A stretch of 62,987 nucleotides of DNA, filler included, from Stramenopiles sp. TOSAG23-2 (GCA_900128395.1; 16 parts of 16 records of this genome joined end to end with filler, not necessarily neighbours in it), one strand, 5' to 3'. Shown: positions 1-12,003, counted from the first letter of the whole stretch. The notes: a model not told the origin generated them from the sequence alone. Made by a program: numbers and translations.

Positions 1-2
1 GA

Positions 3-1685
3 CCAAGTGGGGCAAGTGGACCTAATGAAAAATCATCTGCAAATAGTGGAGGAAGTGGTGGTAGCAGTAGTGGTAGTGGTAGTGGACCAAATACGAACTC
101 ACATCAAGGTGTTGCTCCATCTGGCCCTGCAAATAATAATAATAATAATAATAATGGTGCAGTTCCATCTGGTCCATCTGGCCCATCAAATAATGATAAA
201 AATGGTGCAGTTCCATCTGGTCCATCTGGACCTGCAAATAATGATGCTGCCTCTCCATCTGGTCCAGGAAATTCTGGATCATCGGGTACGGCTGATAACA
301 ATAACGATGGTAACAATGCCGGGTCACCTGGCAAAGATCCACGCGTTGTTCAGGTAAAGAAGATGCTTATGGATATTAGGCAAACACAGGATCCGGAAGA
401 AAGAAAGAAAAAGTTAGCTGGTCTGAAGAAGATATTAATGGCGATAAAGGCGAAGAAAATAGCGGAAATGCAAGGTAAACCACCACCTCCTGAGGCAGAA
501 AATAATGATGATGGTAATAATAAGGAGAGTAATTCTAACAATGGGCCGCCTGCTGCTGCTGGTGCTGCTGCTGCTGCTGGTGGTGCAGGTGGTGGGCCTT
601 TATCACATCTTGTACCAAAACCCAATGATGGTGGTAATAATAAAAGACCATCGCATTTCATTTTTGGTGGTGATAATAATAACAATGATAAAAGCGGTTC
701 ATCTGGTAGCAATGGTAACGACTCATCCTCTGGTACGTCTGGAGCATCTGGTAGTGGTAACGATAGCAATCCGGCTTCAGGGCCTGTAGATAATAGTAAT
801 AGTGGCAGTAGTGGCAGTAGTGGAAATAGCGGAAGCAGTGGAAATAGCGGGAGCAGTGGAAATAGCGGAAGCAGTGGAAGCAGTGGCAGTAGTGGACCTA
901 ATGATGGAAATAGTAATAATAATGATAATAATGGTGGGACTTTCACCTCGTCTGGACCAAGCAATAGTGGAAGTAGCGGTAATAGTGGTGCCAGTGGTTC
1001 GGCTAATAATGAAGATATGGGACCAGTTGCAAATAAAAATAATAATAATGACGATGATGATGATAACAACCCAAGCAATAGTGGAAGTAGCGGTAATAGT
1101 GGTGCCAGTGGTTCGGCTAATAATGAAGATATGGGACCAGTTGCAAATAAAAATAATAATAATGACGATGATGATGATAACAACAGCAATCAACAGCCGT
1201 CTGGTCCAAGTGGCATTAGTGGTAGCTCAGGTCCTAGTGGTAGTAATAATGGAGATGATAGTAAGAGTGGAGGGTCTGGTTCAAGTGGATCCAGCGGTTC
1301 AAGTGGTTCAAGTGGATCCAGTGATGGTGCGGGGGATACTAATAATAATAATAATGATGGTAACAATAATAATGATGATCCGCCACCTCCGCCACCACCT
1401 GAATTTGGTGGAAATCGTGATATGGATGGTGAGGCTCCACCAGCTTTTAGATATCATCGACGTGAGAAAATGAAAAGTGCCAGTTCAATCGCTGCTGCAC
1501 TAGGTAATGATCACCCAGGGCTTAAAAGAGCAGCAGAAAAAATAAAAGAAAAAGATAATACACAAAAACAGAATGGTAATGGAAATGGCGATGGCAGTGG
1601 TAGTGGCAGTGGTGGTGATCCTGAAAACGCAGCGGATAATCCAAATAACAATGATGATGATAACAGTCGTCCGCCATTGATTTAA
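3..1685 (+). CDS. Low-complexity Gly/Ser/Asn-rich protein, 5'-partial
   Basis: Frame open from the window start (PSGASGPNEKSSANSGG...) to TAA at 1683-1685. SGSSG/SGPSG/NNN repeats, short basic helical segments, internal 114-bp duplication (957-1070 / 1071-1182). Confidence 0.75.
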   Translation, partial: PSGASGPNEKSSANSGGSGGSSSGSGSGPNTNSHQGVAPSGPANNNNNNNNGAVPSGPSGPSNNDKNGAVPSGPSGPANNDAASPSGPGNSGSSGTADNNNDGNNAGSPGKDPRVVQVKKMLMDIRQTQDPEERKKKLAGLKKILMAIKAKKIAEMQGKPPPPEAENNDDGNNKESNSNNGPPAAAGAAAAAGGAGGGPLSHLVPKPNDGGNNKRPSHFIFGGDNNNNDKSGSSGSNGNDSSSGTSGASGSGNDSNPASGPVDNSNSGSSGSSGNSGSSGNSGSSGNSGSSGSSGSSGPNDGNSNNNDNNGGTFTSSGPSNSGSSGNSGASGSANNEDMGPVANKNNNNDDDDDNNPSNSGSSGNSGASGSANNEDMGPVANKNNNNDDDDDNNSNQQPSGPSGISGSSGPSGSNNGDDSKSGGSGSSGSSGSSGSSGSSDGAGDTNNNNNDGNNNNDDPPPPPPPEFGGNRDMDGEAPPAFRYHRREKMKSASSIAAALGNDHPGLKRAAEKIKEKDNTQKQNGNGNGDGSGSGSGGDPENAADNPNNNDDDNSRPPLI

Positions 1686-1717
1686 TTATTTAATAGTATA
1701 TCTAGAGAGTTTCGTTT

Positions 1718-1986
1718 TTGTTGTCGTTTGTAATGTGTCGTCATGTGTGTTTTAAAAAATAAATAATATATAAAATATATTATAAAAAAAAAATAAAAAA
1801 AATTATTTTTTTCCTTTTCGTATCAACAACCACCAGTAGTATATTATAGCACTTGTTGTCGTTTGTAATGTGTCGTCATGTGTGTTTTAAAAAATAAATA
1901 ATATATATATATTATAAAAAAAAAATAAAAAAAATTATTTTTTTCCTTTTTCGTATCATCAACAACCACCAGTATTATTATAGCAC
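1718..1986. repeat. Imperfect tandem duplication (~135 bp)
   Basis: TTGTTGTCGTTTGTAATGTGTCGTCATG... at ~1718 and again at ~1854, with small indels. Confidence 0.85.
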
Positions 1987-2135
1987 CAACACAACAACAT
2001 GTTAATACGCTAATTCAGGTATATAATACATACAAAATCATTATCATTAATATACTGTATAATATATATAAAACACACAAAAAGAACAACAACAACAAAA
2101 ATATTACAAGAGAAAAAGAGAAAATAATAAAAAAG

Positions 2136-3368
2136 ATGGCTTCAATAATATCAAGTAATAATAATAATAATAATAATAATAAGACAATTGCAACTACTCA
2201 TAATCTTGTACCAATTGCAACATTATCAGGGCATACAGATCGAGTATGGTCTATTGACTTTTCACCAGATGGGACATTACTTGCATCGTGTGGTGATAAT
2301 AAGACAATTGCAACTACTCATAATCTTGTACCAATTGCAACATTATCAGGGCATACAGATCGAGTATGGTCTATTGACTTTTCACCAGATGGGACATTAC
2401 TTGCATCGTGTGGTGGTGATAAAAATGTACGTATATGGGCAAAAGAATATAGGCAAGATTCTTCAATAGAAGAATCAAAATGGTTCTGTTTATCCGTTTT
2501 AGACGAGGCTCAACGGCGTACGGTACGTTGTGTGAAATGGTCGCATTGTGGGCGTTTATTAGCTGCAACAAGCTTCGATGCCACTACAGCCATTTGGCGT
2601 AGAATAGGTAAAGAACAATTTGAATTAGCAGCTATATTAGAAGGACATGAAAACGAAGTGAAAGCAGTCGCATGGAATCGTGCAGATAATTTATTAGCAA
2701 CAAGCAGTCGTGATAAAAGTGTATGGATATGGGAAGCCCTAGGGGACATAGGCTCAACAGGAGATGGTGATGATGATGATATTGATAATAACATACCAGC
2801 TGATTTTGAATGTGCATCTGTATTGATGGGTCATTCACAAGATGTCAAATCAGTTTTATTTGATCCAAATGAAAATCGTTTAGTATCATGTAGTTATGAT
2901 GATACTATTAAATTTTGGGAAGAAGATGATGATGATTGGTTTTGTTCAGAAACCTTAGTTGGGCATACATCAACTGTATGGAGTTTATCGTTTGAAAAAA
3001 CAAGTAAACGTTTAATATCAGGAAGTGATGATTGTACATGTATAATATGGAAAAAAGAAGACGGGAATGATAATAATAACAAATGGATACAAGAAACTGT
3101 TTTAAAAGGATATCATGATCGTAGTATTTATTGTGTTCATTGGTCTACATTGACAAATAAAATAGCAAGTGTTGGAGCGGATGATAGAATTTGTATTTAC
3201 AATGCAGATGTTGATAAAGAAGTGAAATTAATATGTAAAGTAGAAAAAGGACATGCAGCAGATATTAATGGTGTTACATGGCATCCAAAAGATGAAAATA
3301 TATTAGCAACTTGTGGGGATGATAATGTTGTTAAACTATGGGCATTGAAACAACAAAGCGGCAAATGA
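2136..3368 (+). CDS. CIAO1: Cytosolic Fe-S assembly WD40 protein CIA1/CIAO1
   Basis: WD40 repeats with family motifs RTVRCVKWS, LEGHENEVKAVAW, LATSSRDKSVWIWE, FECASVLMGHSQDVK, SCSYDDTIKFW. The first repeat is duplicated (120 bp, in frame). Confidence 0.95.
   Translation: MASIISSNNNNNNNNKTIATTHNLVPIATLSGHTDRVWSIDFSPDGTLLASCGDNKTIATTHNLVPIATLSGHTDRVWSIDFSPDGTLLASCGGDKNVRIWAKEYRQDSSIEESKWFCLSVLDEAQRRTVRCVKWSHCGRLLAATSFDATTAIWRRIGKEQFELAAILEGHENEVKAVAWNRADNLLATSSRDKSVWIWEALGDIGSTGDGDDDDIDNNIPADFECASVLMGHSQDVKSVLFDPNENRLVSCSYDDTIKFWEEDDDDWFCSETLVGHTSTVWSLSFEKTSKRLISGSDDCTCIIWKKEDGNDNNNKWIQETVLKGYHDRSIYCVHWSTLTNKIASVGADDRICIYNADVDKEVKLICKVEKGHAADINGVTWHPKDENILATCGDDNVVKLWALKQQSGK
2176..2415. repeat. 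Exact 120-bp tandem duplication inside CIAO1
   Basis: Two identical copies of NKTIATTHNL...LLASCG. Confidence 0.95.
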
Positions 3369-3501
3369 TAAAATGTCGATGTGATGGAAGAAGAATGGAA
3401 ATATATTAGCAACTTGTGGGGATGATAATGTTGTTAAACTATGGGCATTGAAACAACAAAGCGGCAAATGATAAAATGTCGATGTGATGGAAGAAGAATG
3501 G
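3296..3501. repeat. Exact ~103-bp tandem duplication of the CIAO1 3' end and UTR
   Basis: AAATATATTAGCAACTTGTGGG...GAAGAAGAATGG occurs twice. Confidence 0.9.
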
Positions 3502-3810
3502 TATATGTAAATTTTTTTCTCGCGAGATGATAGAGATGTGTGCGCTGCTGTGTTGTTTTGAGGAGAGAGGAAGGATATGTTTTTTAATATATATATATGT
3601 AAATAATACGAGTGTATTTACATTATGTTTTATTAAAAAGATTTATACGTATAATATAGAGAGAGATATAATTCGTAGATTTGAGATATGATATATGATA
3701 TCATACACACACACATATATAATCATTTTTCTTTTTTTTTATTTTATATATGATATATATATATATAAAATATTATATACGAGTATAAAGTTTTAAGAAT
3801 ATCAACACAT

Positions 3811-3858
3811 TAGTGTGAGATAGATTATTTCAGTTATTGTATTCTTTTGAAGAGTAGG
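3811..3858 (+). repeat. Dispersed modular intergenic element, copy 1
   Basis: AGTGTGAGATAGATTATTTCAGTTATTGTATTCTTTTGAAGAGTAGG. Related copies at ~8538, ~21686, ~30281(-), ~57086(-). Confidence 0.75.
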
Positions 3859-3958
3859 NNNNNNNNNNNNNNNNNNNNNNNNNNNNNNNNNNNNNNNNNN
3901 NNTTAATTAATTAANNNNNNNNNNNNNNNNNNNNNNNNNNNNNNNNNNNNNNNNNNNN
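3859..3958. other. Artificial contig spacer (first of 15)
   Basis: 44N-TTAATTAATTAA-44N, with stops in all six frames. Others start at 7817, 11774, 15728, 19681, 23631, 27579, 31524, 35466, 39404, 43340, 47273, 51205, 55134, 59061. Confidence 0.99.
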
Positions 3959-6064
3959 CATTTTAAAGATAGACCATCATTTAAAGCAAACATAAAAGAT
4001 TGGAAACGATGTTACGCCTTATCGATCAACAATATATTAGATAATATGAAATGCTTCTATACCAAGAAAAGCTGGCATGAGGATAATACGATACTTGGAT
4101 GGGGTTTAAAGTATACAGTAAATCCAAGGACCTCAAAAGTTGATTACATTTCTTCGGAATTGGATGTTTTATCGTACACGGCATATAAAAGAAATGGAAT
4201 CAGGAAATCAGTTTGGAACGAAAATTTTCAATTGTTTTTACCGATTTATATTTCTAAAGCGCATTTTAATCGTGCAATGGAAATATTTAAAAGTTTGTTT
4301 GTGAAATTAACAGCTGGGATTCAATATGGAAAATGTAAATGTTGTGACAACGTGAGTTTACATTGCATGAACAAAACCGTTACTTCAACTGCTAATGATA
4401 ATGATAATAATGATAATAACAACAGCAACAATAATAGTCAAACGTTAAAAAAAGCCCCATTAAGAAGTAATGAAAACAATTGGAGAAGCCAACATAATCG
4501 TCCGCAAATATCTCGATTTGAAAAATATAGTAGTAGTAAATATCCTAACAGTCGCGTACGTAGCTTTAAAGCGATGAAATCTCCTAAGCATCAGGTGTTT
4601 CATCCAAATATGATATTAACAGTATTTCCGAAGATAATGAATACGTTTGTCACCCAGCTATCACGTTCAGTGGAAAAAACATCGTCTACTAGATTAATTA
4701 ATGGATATACATCAATATTTCGTACATTTGTTGCATTTATTGATGAATATCCAACATTGAAAATATCCATAGAAAGGTATTTAAATCGATTTGTTAACGA
4801 GCCGGAATCACGCACGAAGAACAATTATCAATCGTTAGGTGAACTATGGCCTTTACTAGCAGTTTGTCCATCAGTTGATATCATAGCATTTAATCGAGCA
4901 TATTTTAAGGAAAGCTTAACACGTTCAGTTCTTTGGATTTTTCGTGATGCTCCTTTTCTTGCAAATAAAAAAGATGATGAAATGGATCAAGATGTGTTAT
5001 CCACGATGTTTTTAAAAGGTAGGGCAACGTCAAATACGCACCATATGATAAATTTGATCTTTATTACTTCAATATGCCGGCCGAATGTAGTCAATGCAAA
5101 TGTTGACATTGCTGATTTAATATCAAATTATGATTGGCTTTGCGGTACTGTTCCACAAAAATCAGTTACGCTTATGAAGCAACAATTGGCTCAATGTATC
5201 AAAATTGGGAAAAAAACAAAATCATGGTATATCTATTTGCGTTTTGTAGGGATCAATGATGCATCAAATAAAGAAGAAACCAAGCGTTTCATGCGCGAAA
5301 TGGTTAAAAATGCAATTCAAGAATCATTGCGTAAAGGTTATCATGCATATGATACTGACTTTGCTAGAATACATAAAAACGGCACTTCCCGACTTTTGCA
5401 AGGTGAAAAATATAATTTAGATACACGATCAAGAATAACTGTCAATAATACATGGAGATTCAACAGTAATCAAATGGCATATTTAGACGCATCAATGCTA
5501 TTTTTCAACTTTGACGGGGAACTTACCGGACATCTTGATTATCAATCGACTAATGTATTTCAAGGGGCTGCTACACATTCTGGTGATTTAATGAATGACC
5601 ATGAAAGTAAAGGCACACACCATATTAGATTGAATTTGAGGCATATACCAAGTAATGTACATGCAATGTATCTTGTGACATCCGTTTGGGCAAATGAAAC
5701 GATGAAAGATATTAAACACCCAAGTGTGAAATGTATTGATAATAGCAACGATAACCGTTCTCATGGTGGTTTTGGTCGAAGGCGATACAATGCTCGAAAT
5801 AACAATAAATACGAAAATGATAATAGCAATAATATGCCAACTGAATTATGCCGTTTTGAACTAAATACTGAGTTTGCAGACAATCAAAATGTGAAAAATG
5901 TAATCATGTGCAGAATCTATCGAAAATATGAGAATAGTGGATGGATTTTCAATGCAATTGGGAAAAATGGTTTAAATGGGAATGCTATGGATTACGACCC
6001 AATTGTAGAAGAAATTGCATCAATATTGAAAAAAGAGTTGAAAGAGTATAATAAATATCAATAG
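3959..6064 (+). CDS. Protein with a protist uncharacterised N-terminal domain and a C-terminal TerD domain, 5'-partial
   Basis: Frame open from the contig start. The C-terminus has TerD hallmarks YLDASMLFF, ATHSGD, HHIRLNLRHIPSNVHAMYLV, IMCRIYR..GWIFNAIG. Confidence 0.8.
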   Translation, partial: HFKDRPSFKANIKDWKRCYALSINNILDNMKCFYTKKSWHEDNTILGWGLKYTVNPRTSKVDYISSELDVLSYTAYKRNGIRKSVWNENFQLFLPIYISKAHFNRAMEIFKSLFVKLTAGIQYGKCKCCDNVSLHCMNKTVTSTANDNDNNDNNNSNNNSQTLKKAPLRSNENNWRSQHNRPQISRFEKYSSSKYPNSRVRSFKAMKSPKHQVFHPNMILTVFPKIMNTFVTQLSRSVEKTSSTRLINGYTSIFRTFVAFIDEYPTLKISIERYLNRFVNEPESRTKNNYQSLGELWPLLAVCPSVDIIAFNRAYFKESLTRSVLWIFRDAPFLANKKDDEMDQDVLSTMFLKGRATSNTHHMINLIFITSICRPNVVNANVDIADLISNYDWLCGTVPQKSVTLMKQQLAQCIKIGKKTKSWYIYLRFVGINDASNKEETKRFMREMVKNAIQESLRKGYHAYDTDFARIHKNGTSRLLQGEKYNLDTRSRITVNNTWRFNSNQMAYLDASMLFFNFDGELTGHLDYQSTNVFQGAATHSGDLMNDHESKGTHHIRLNLRHIPSNVHAMYLVTSVWANETMKDIKHPSVKCIDNSNDNRSHGGFGRRRYNARNNNKYENDNSNNMPTELCRFELNTEFADNQNVKNVIMCRIYRKYENSGWIFNAIGKNGLNGNAMDYDPIVEEIASILKKELKEYNKYQ

Positions 6065-6231
6065 AAATTTTATCTCAAAGATATACGTATATGATATATC
6101 ATATACGAACGTATGTAAAAACACTAGAGATATAATACACTCTCAATACTCGATCGTTCATAATTCGGTAAAACATCGCAAGAAAAGAACATGCGTTTTT
6201 GTGTAATTAATAATCTATTCTCCCTCTCCCT

Positions 6232-7764
6232 CTACATATCTGGAACTTGTCTTGACTGTGCATAATCAATTGTCTTTTTCTTTTCAGCATTATTTTTTTT
6301 ATTTACCCTATCATAAATTGTATTTAAATCTTTGATCGTTTTCCCATATAATTTACAACTGCTATATTTCTGTGCATATTGTTGATATATACGACCTTGT
6401 TGTTGCGTTGGCTTTGCACCTCGATCTGTAGTTGTCCGTACCATATGCAATCGTTGCTTTGTTTGACTCTCTCGTTGGCCTAATGTATCGTACATCATGG
6501 TAATGACATCTTCCTCCTTTTGCAATAAGTCTATTTTGCATTGTTTTTCATCCGTATCCATTTGTTTTAGTAATTCAACAATTCTTAATGGATCTTCAAT
6601 TTGATTAATTTCTTCCAGGGTTGGTATGCCTTCAATTTTCTTCAAAGCATCTAGTTTGTTTTGCTCGTTTTCTTTTAAATACTTTGCTACGTGGGAAACT
6701 GTATCCAATTGATCATTATCTTCTGAAAACAAAACGTTCAGCAATTGTTGTGTAACTTTTATTTTTTTGTACGTAGACAGACATGTATTTACACTACCGC
6801 ATTTATTAAGTCGTAAGCTAGAATGAAATTTTGTAAATAATTTGATTAATTCATTCAATCCACTTTTTTTTGCTTTGTAATAAAGATGAAGTTGGCCAAT
6901 ATACAAACTAGCAGTTTCTTTAATCATCGATAATCGTATTTTCTCATCACTTTCATTTTGATTAAATTTGTCATGCTTTCGTTGTCCCATATCGTATTCA
7001 TATAATATATTCGATAATGCAAATTTAATTTTTTCATGGATTTCCCGATTTTTTGCTACTTCATCACGTGTGCTAATTTTCGTATCATCATTATTTTTAC
7101 TATCTTTGTTTTCCTTGTAAAATTTTTTAAGATAGTCATTGAATATACTTAATTTTCCATCTAAACGAAATAAAATTTCATTTAATTGTCGTGTCAAGAC
7201 ACTTTGGAGCTCAGGCTCTTTCAACGAGTCCAATATACGCAATGAATATTCAAAAGGTAATTTTAACCGCTCGTATCCTGGAATAAATACTCGCAAATCA
7301 ACATCATTGTTAATATTATTTGCATGTGCAAATAAAGGCTCATCGTTTTTACGCATAGTTGCAAATAAAATGTTCAAGTTAGTTTTGTACAATTTGCTCA
7401 CAGCATGTTCAAATGAATATATGAATTTGGATGCAAATAATGTTGAATTGTCATAAAAGATAACAAATACGATATTTTCCGTACTGTTCAAAATAGATAG
7501 TAGTGAGTCTGCAGTAATATTACTCAAAACCCTTACACCTTTATTATTTTTTTCTTGGGAGTTTGCATTTGAAGAAGATGCATCATAATCTTCAGGATCA
7601 AAACATGTAGTTTCATTATAATTATTATGATCTGTATAACATATTTGATAATCAGATGTCTTGGATCCAGTAGCTGTTGTTTCTGATTCTACAGCGATAG
7701 TTCCAGTAGCTAAGAATAAAAATACAACAATTGATAATATATAATATTTCATTCTTTCAAACAT
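6232..7764 (-). CDS. Secreted/ER protein with a redox-inactive thioredoxin-like domain and helical C-terminus
   Basis: Signal peptide (YYILSIVVFLFLATGTIA). NITADSLLSILNSTENIVFVIFY resembles a Trx/PDI fold without CxxC. Confidence 0.7.
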   Translation of the reverse strand: MFERMKYYILSIVVFLFLATGTIAVESETTATGSKTSDYQICYTDHNNYNETTCFDPEDYDASSSNANSQEKNNKGVRVLSNITADSLLSILNSTENIVFVIFYDNSTLFASKFIYSFEHAVSKLYKTNLNILFATMRKNDEPLFAHANNINNDVDLRVFIPGYERLKLPFEYSLRILDSLKEPELQSVLTRQLNEILFRLDGKLSIFNDYLKKFYKENKDSKNNDDTKISTRDEVAKNREIHEKIKFALSNILYEYDMGQRKHDKFNQNESDEKIRLSMIKETASLYIGQLHLYYKAKKSGLNELIKLFTKFHSSLRLNKCGSVNTCLSTYKKIKVTQQLLNVLFSEDNDQLDTVSHVAKYLKENEQNKLDALKKIEGIPTLEEINQIEDPLRIVELLKQMDTDEKQCKIDLLQKEEDVITMMYDTLGQRESQTKQRLHMVRTTTDRGAKPTQQQGRIYQQYAQKYSSCKLYGKTIKDLNTIYDRVNKKNNAEKKKTIDYAQSRQVPDM

Positions 7765-8537
7765 ACAATGATAATATAAATGGTTGATATATATATTTTT
7801 ATATATAAAATTATGANNNNNNNNNNNNNNNNNNNNNNNNNNNNNNNNNNNNNNNNNNNNTTAATTAATTAANNNNNNNNNNNNNNNNNNNNNNNNNNNN
7901 NNNNNNNNNNNNNNNNATATGGAAGAAGGAACTGACTTATTATTATTATTTAATAATAATAATAATTATTATGTGTTGTTATAGTTAGTATTATTCCCAC
8001 TATACTAATACCAAGTAATAATATCCAGGCACCCAGGTGTTATTAATATTATAATATAGTATTAGTCGAATATTGAGTTACGGGACTGCTAGTGAGCTAG
8101 CTAGCCCAGCTAGCTAGCCGGTCCAGGACGACTGGCAACACTGTTTTTTTTTATTCTTCCTATCAAGTAGGATGATTAAGGGAAAGTTTTGCCACTTCCC
8201 TGCAGCTGCAGCTTTGTTAGTAGATGTTTTATGCTATTATATTGTCATCCTACAAGAAACTGGATTGTATTTCTTAATACTAGTATCCTTGATACCTCTA
8301 ATACATTATTTCATTTTAATTTAATTAAAACAAATCGTGTAAAGCTATGCTACGTGGTGGTAGATTTCATAAAAATTATGCACCTTCTGGCGGCTGCAAA
8401 ATTAGTTAAGGAAACCTGTTAACATTGACTCTTTTCTCCTTTGCTTTTCTTGATTAATAGTGTGCGAGTCGAATAGATATACACAGTATTATTGAGTCTC
8501 TCAGTTAATATCATTATATTAATATACTACCTGGTAG

Positions 8538-8571
8538 TATTGTATTCTTTTGAAGAGTAGGGAATTATCAT
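8538..8571 (+). repeat. Dispersed modular intergenic element, copy 2
   Basis: TATTGTATTCTTTTGAAGAGTAGGGAATTATCAT. The first ~24 nt are identical to the end of contig 1. Confidence 0.75.
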
Positions 8572-8781
8572 ATTATATATATTAATATAGCATTGTGCTA
8601 TAGTAAAATTTTAAAAAAATAAAAAACAAAAATTTGTATATATATCTCAACATTTATGCATATGATACACGTGAATAAATTATGCGTGTATTCATTTTAA
8701 AAATTATACTCCGTATAAAATTATTTAAAACATGATTGATTACGTCGCGTATTTTTTATTTCGTATTTTTAATGCACACCA

Positions 8782-11773
8782 TCAAATAGTACTACTGAAA
8801 CTCGTAGTTGAGTCAAAAGAAGATGACATAACAGAGGAGTCGTCTCCATCGGTTCCTTTCAATATTCTTTTAATACGCCGTGTTTCGGCACTGTCCCATA
8901 AAAGCACATTTCGTTGAGTCATTGAGGTTAATGTCCTTCTTTCTTCTTCTGTTGCATGCAATTGTGGGTGATCTGACATTTTATTTGTTGGGGACGATGT
9001 GCTTTTTAATATTGGTAATGTGCTTGTTGGTGACCGACTTGGTAAACCAATTGACAATTTTCTTTTTTGCAAGTCATCTGGGTGTTTTTGTATGTTGGGA
9101 GGGGGGTTTAATTGGTCATGTATTTTTATCTTCTCATGCCTCTCTCGCTTTGCCTTTTCGACCATGTATAATATATAACTGTCGGTCACTTTACCAATCG
9201 GCTTTGCATCTGGTAAGTCATCGACAACAACGGGCATAGGGACTCGTTCCCATGAATTTTTCTTTTTATTTTCGCCAACATTGTTCTCTACGTCTTCCTC
9301 TAAAATGGCCCCTTTTCCATCCGTCTCCTCAACAATCTTTTCTATGACTGTTTCAAACCAATTCTCAAGAACTTGCTCTACGATTATTTCTGGTTCAACT
9401 ACTGATTCTACTTCTACCATTTTATTCGTATCACGAACGTTTTGTAAAGGGACCATTTCAAAGCCTTCACTTATAAGTCTCGTTTTCCTATCTTTAAAAT
9501 CAACCATTTCGGTTTCCTGCTTATCGTCTTCTGATTTCAATAATGCTTGGCTGGAATCCAAGCTTTCCTCCTCTTCTTCTGACCCGTCTTCTATTTCTTC
9601 AAAATCATCATCCAAATACATATCCACTTCTATTTCCTCTACGGGAACGCTAGGCTTTACTTCATCTGAAATCTGGTTCTCCAAAGAGGGTGCTACAGGG
9701 GAAGTTAGGGGTAGTCCTATTGCTTCATTTTCATTTAATTTTGGCACAGTATTCGTTGTGTTTTTACAGATTCTATCTTCTTTGTTATTCAAATTTCCAA
9801 TATGATTATGGATTTGACCGATACTGTGTAATACATCTTCCATACTACGCGATGTATGGATTCCTCTTGGAGTTTGAATTTTAGACTCCAACGAATTATT
9901 AGTCGTCCAACGATTTAAATCATTAAACGTTGAAACATCATTATCGTTTTTGTCCTTTCTGTTGAAATTAACATTGTTAATGTGACTTTTCGCTTCATTA
10001 ATTTTCTTTAATACATCCGCAACGCTTTTTGTTGGTAGAAGGTGGCTTGCCATATTATTGTCATGGCCATCTGTTGCATCAATTTCCAGTATACTTGGCT
10101 CCTTAAACGAGGGTACTTCCTCCAATTTACTTATGACACGCATGGCCCGACCCCTTTTTTTTATCGACATTCCTTCTATAAACTTGCCGCCATTTATTTT
10201 AAAGCCCAATTTTATATAGCCAATACTTTCCTCTTTTAAATTTTGGATATTGTACCAACCATTCACTTCCGTCATCCCAGCTGCAACGACGCATAATTCC
10301 ATGCGAACCACGCCTATGAACTTATCGCCTTCAAGACTGGCTGGAGCATACACACCTCCTTTAAGAATATTCAAAGGCACTTCAGATTCCAAATCATTGC
10401 TCTTATTATCTAAATTGCTACCATCCCGTAAGCTACTACGAGACCATATAGTGAAAATCATAGCTTTTTCCATTAAGTTACAATTTTGTAATTCTTGCGT
10501 TACAAGCTTGACATCATTACTATAGTTCCAAGATGGATTTTCAACGTAACTAACCAGATGAGTCATTAACGTTGGGGACAATTCATCCCATTTGTAAGAC
10601 AAGTATAGGAAAGAGTCTGATTTTTCAATTCCTTCACCCGTTGCTATACCTTGCGCATTATACACGGTAAAGGTAACTGTAGTCAACCCTATGTTATCGT
10701 CTCTCCCAACAAACTTTTTACCATTGCTAGCGATAGTGTTGCTACTGTTTTTGTTTGAATTTTCATTCATATTGCCCTCAATGTTGGCATCAACTGTTGG
10801 AACATTCGTCACATCTTTAACATCCTTGACATCAAAATTAACGTCTATAATTGGAAGAGGGTATGGAACATTAACTTCAGCAATATCGTCATTATTTTCA
10901 ATTTCGTCGACATCATCACCACCAACATTTCCTTTCCCAAAACCTGTCACCTCATTATAATCAATTGCTCGCTGCAACGGTTCAAAGGCCTGTCTATGCA
11001 CTCGGTGGTGCTCGAAAAAGATTGAAATTGTTAATTTTCCTATCGAATTAACGTCAGATGCATTTATCGGGAACACTCCGGAAATACCAGCAGTTTCTTC
11101 TAAAAACGAGCTCAAAGGCACTACTGCACTTCCAATATGAATATTCTCATTTGTCTTGCGATAGATCAAAAATTCTATCTCACCAGCTGCTAAGTACTTA
11201 ATTAAATCTTCTGTAATTTCTAAAGGTATAGAAGATTCTATCCCCAACGCGGTGTTTCCAATATCTACAATTACTTCATTTGTTTTCCATATATCTCCGA
11301 AACCAGTAAAAACAGTATACGAAATCAACATTATGGCCTTATCATAGGTTGGCGTTTCAAAGATGAAATTCCCGAAAGAGACGATCAATTCAGCTTTTGC
11401 AGGTAGCATATTCTTTGTTGTAGTACTTGTTTCTACTAAAGTTATGGGTGATTCGGTATTGCGTCGTTCGCTGGTATGTATGTCGACCATTTCAATTTCG
11501 GCTACGTTTGTTAGAACATTGCTTACACCGCCAATAGTTTTGACTTGATGCGATATGTTTATTTGAATAAAAGCCATTGCTTCATCCCAAGTACCTTGTT
11601 TATTTGGAAATACAGGATATTCAACAATCTTGGATGAATTATTTCCTTTTATTTTCCCTGTAGAATTATCTAGAAATCCCAAAAATTCTGCTACGGGAAT
11701 TTCTGCAACGCCAATTATGCAACAAGTAGGAAGAGGAGGAAAGCTTGGATTCCAGCCAAGCATTATTGAACGC
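8782..11773 (-). CDS. C2CD3: C2CD3-like centriolar C2-domain protein, 5'-partial
   Basis: Several C2-like domains (HIGSAVVPLSSFL; NPSWNY; FIGVVRMELCVVAAGMTEVNGWYNI) and C-terminal ETRRIKRIL, resembling the C2CD3 tail. The frame runs to the contig edge. Confidence 0.75.
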
Positions 11774-11873
11774 NNNNNNNNNNNNNNNNNNNNNNNNNNN
11801 NNNNNNNNNNNNNNNNNTTAATTAATTAANNNNNNNNNNNNNNNNNNNNNNNNNNNNNNNNNNNNNNNNNNNN

Positions 11874-11944
<71 letters not shown>

Positions 11945-11946
11945 GT

Positions 11947-12003
<57 letters not shown>
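11874..12003. repeat. (CTA)n microsatellite encoding poly-Ser
   Basis: About 43 near-perfect triplets at the contig start. Confidence 0.97.

Noticed and set aside
7-1473. Multiple long overlapping ORFs on alternative frames and strands
   Set aside because: Shadows of the low-complexity Gly/Ser/Asn coding frame.
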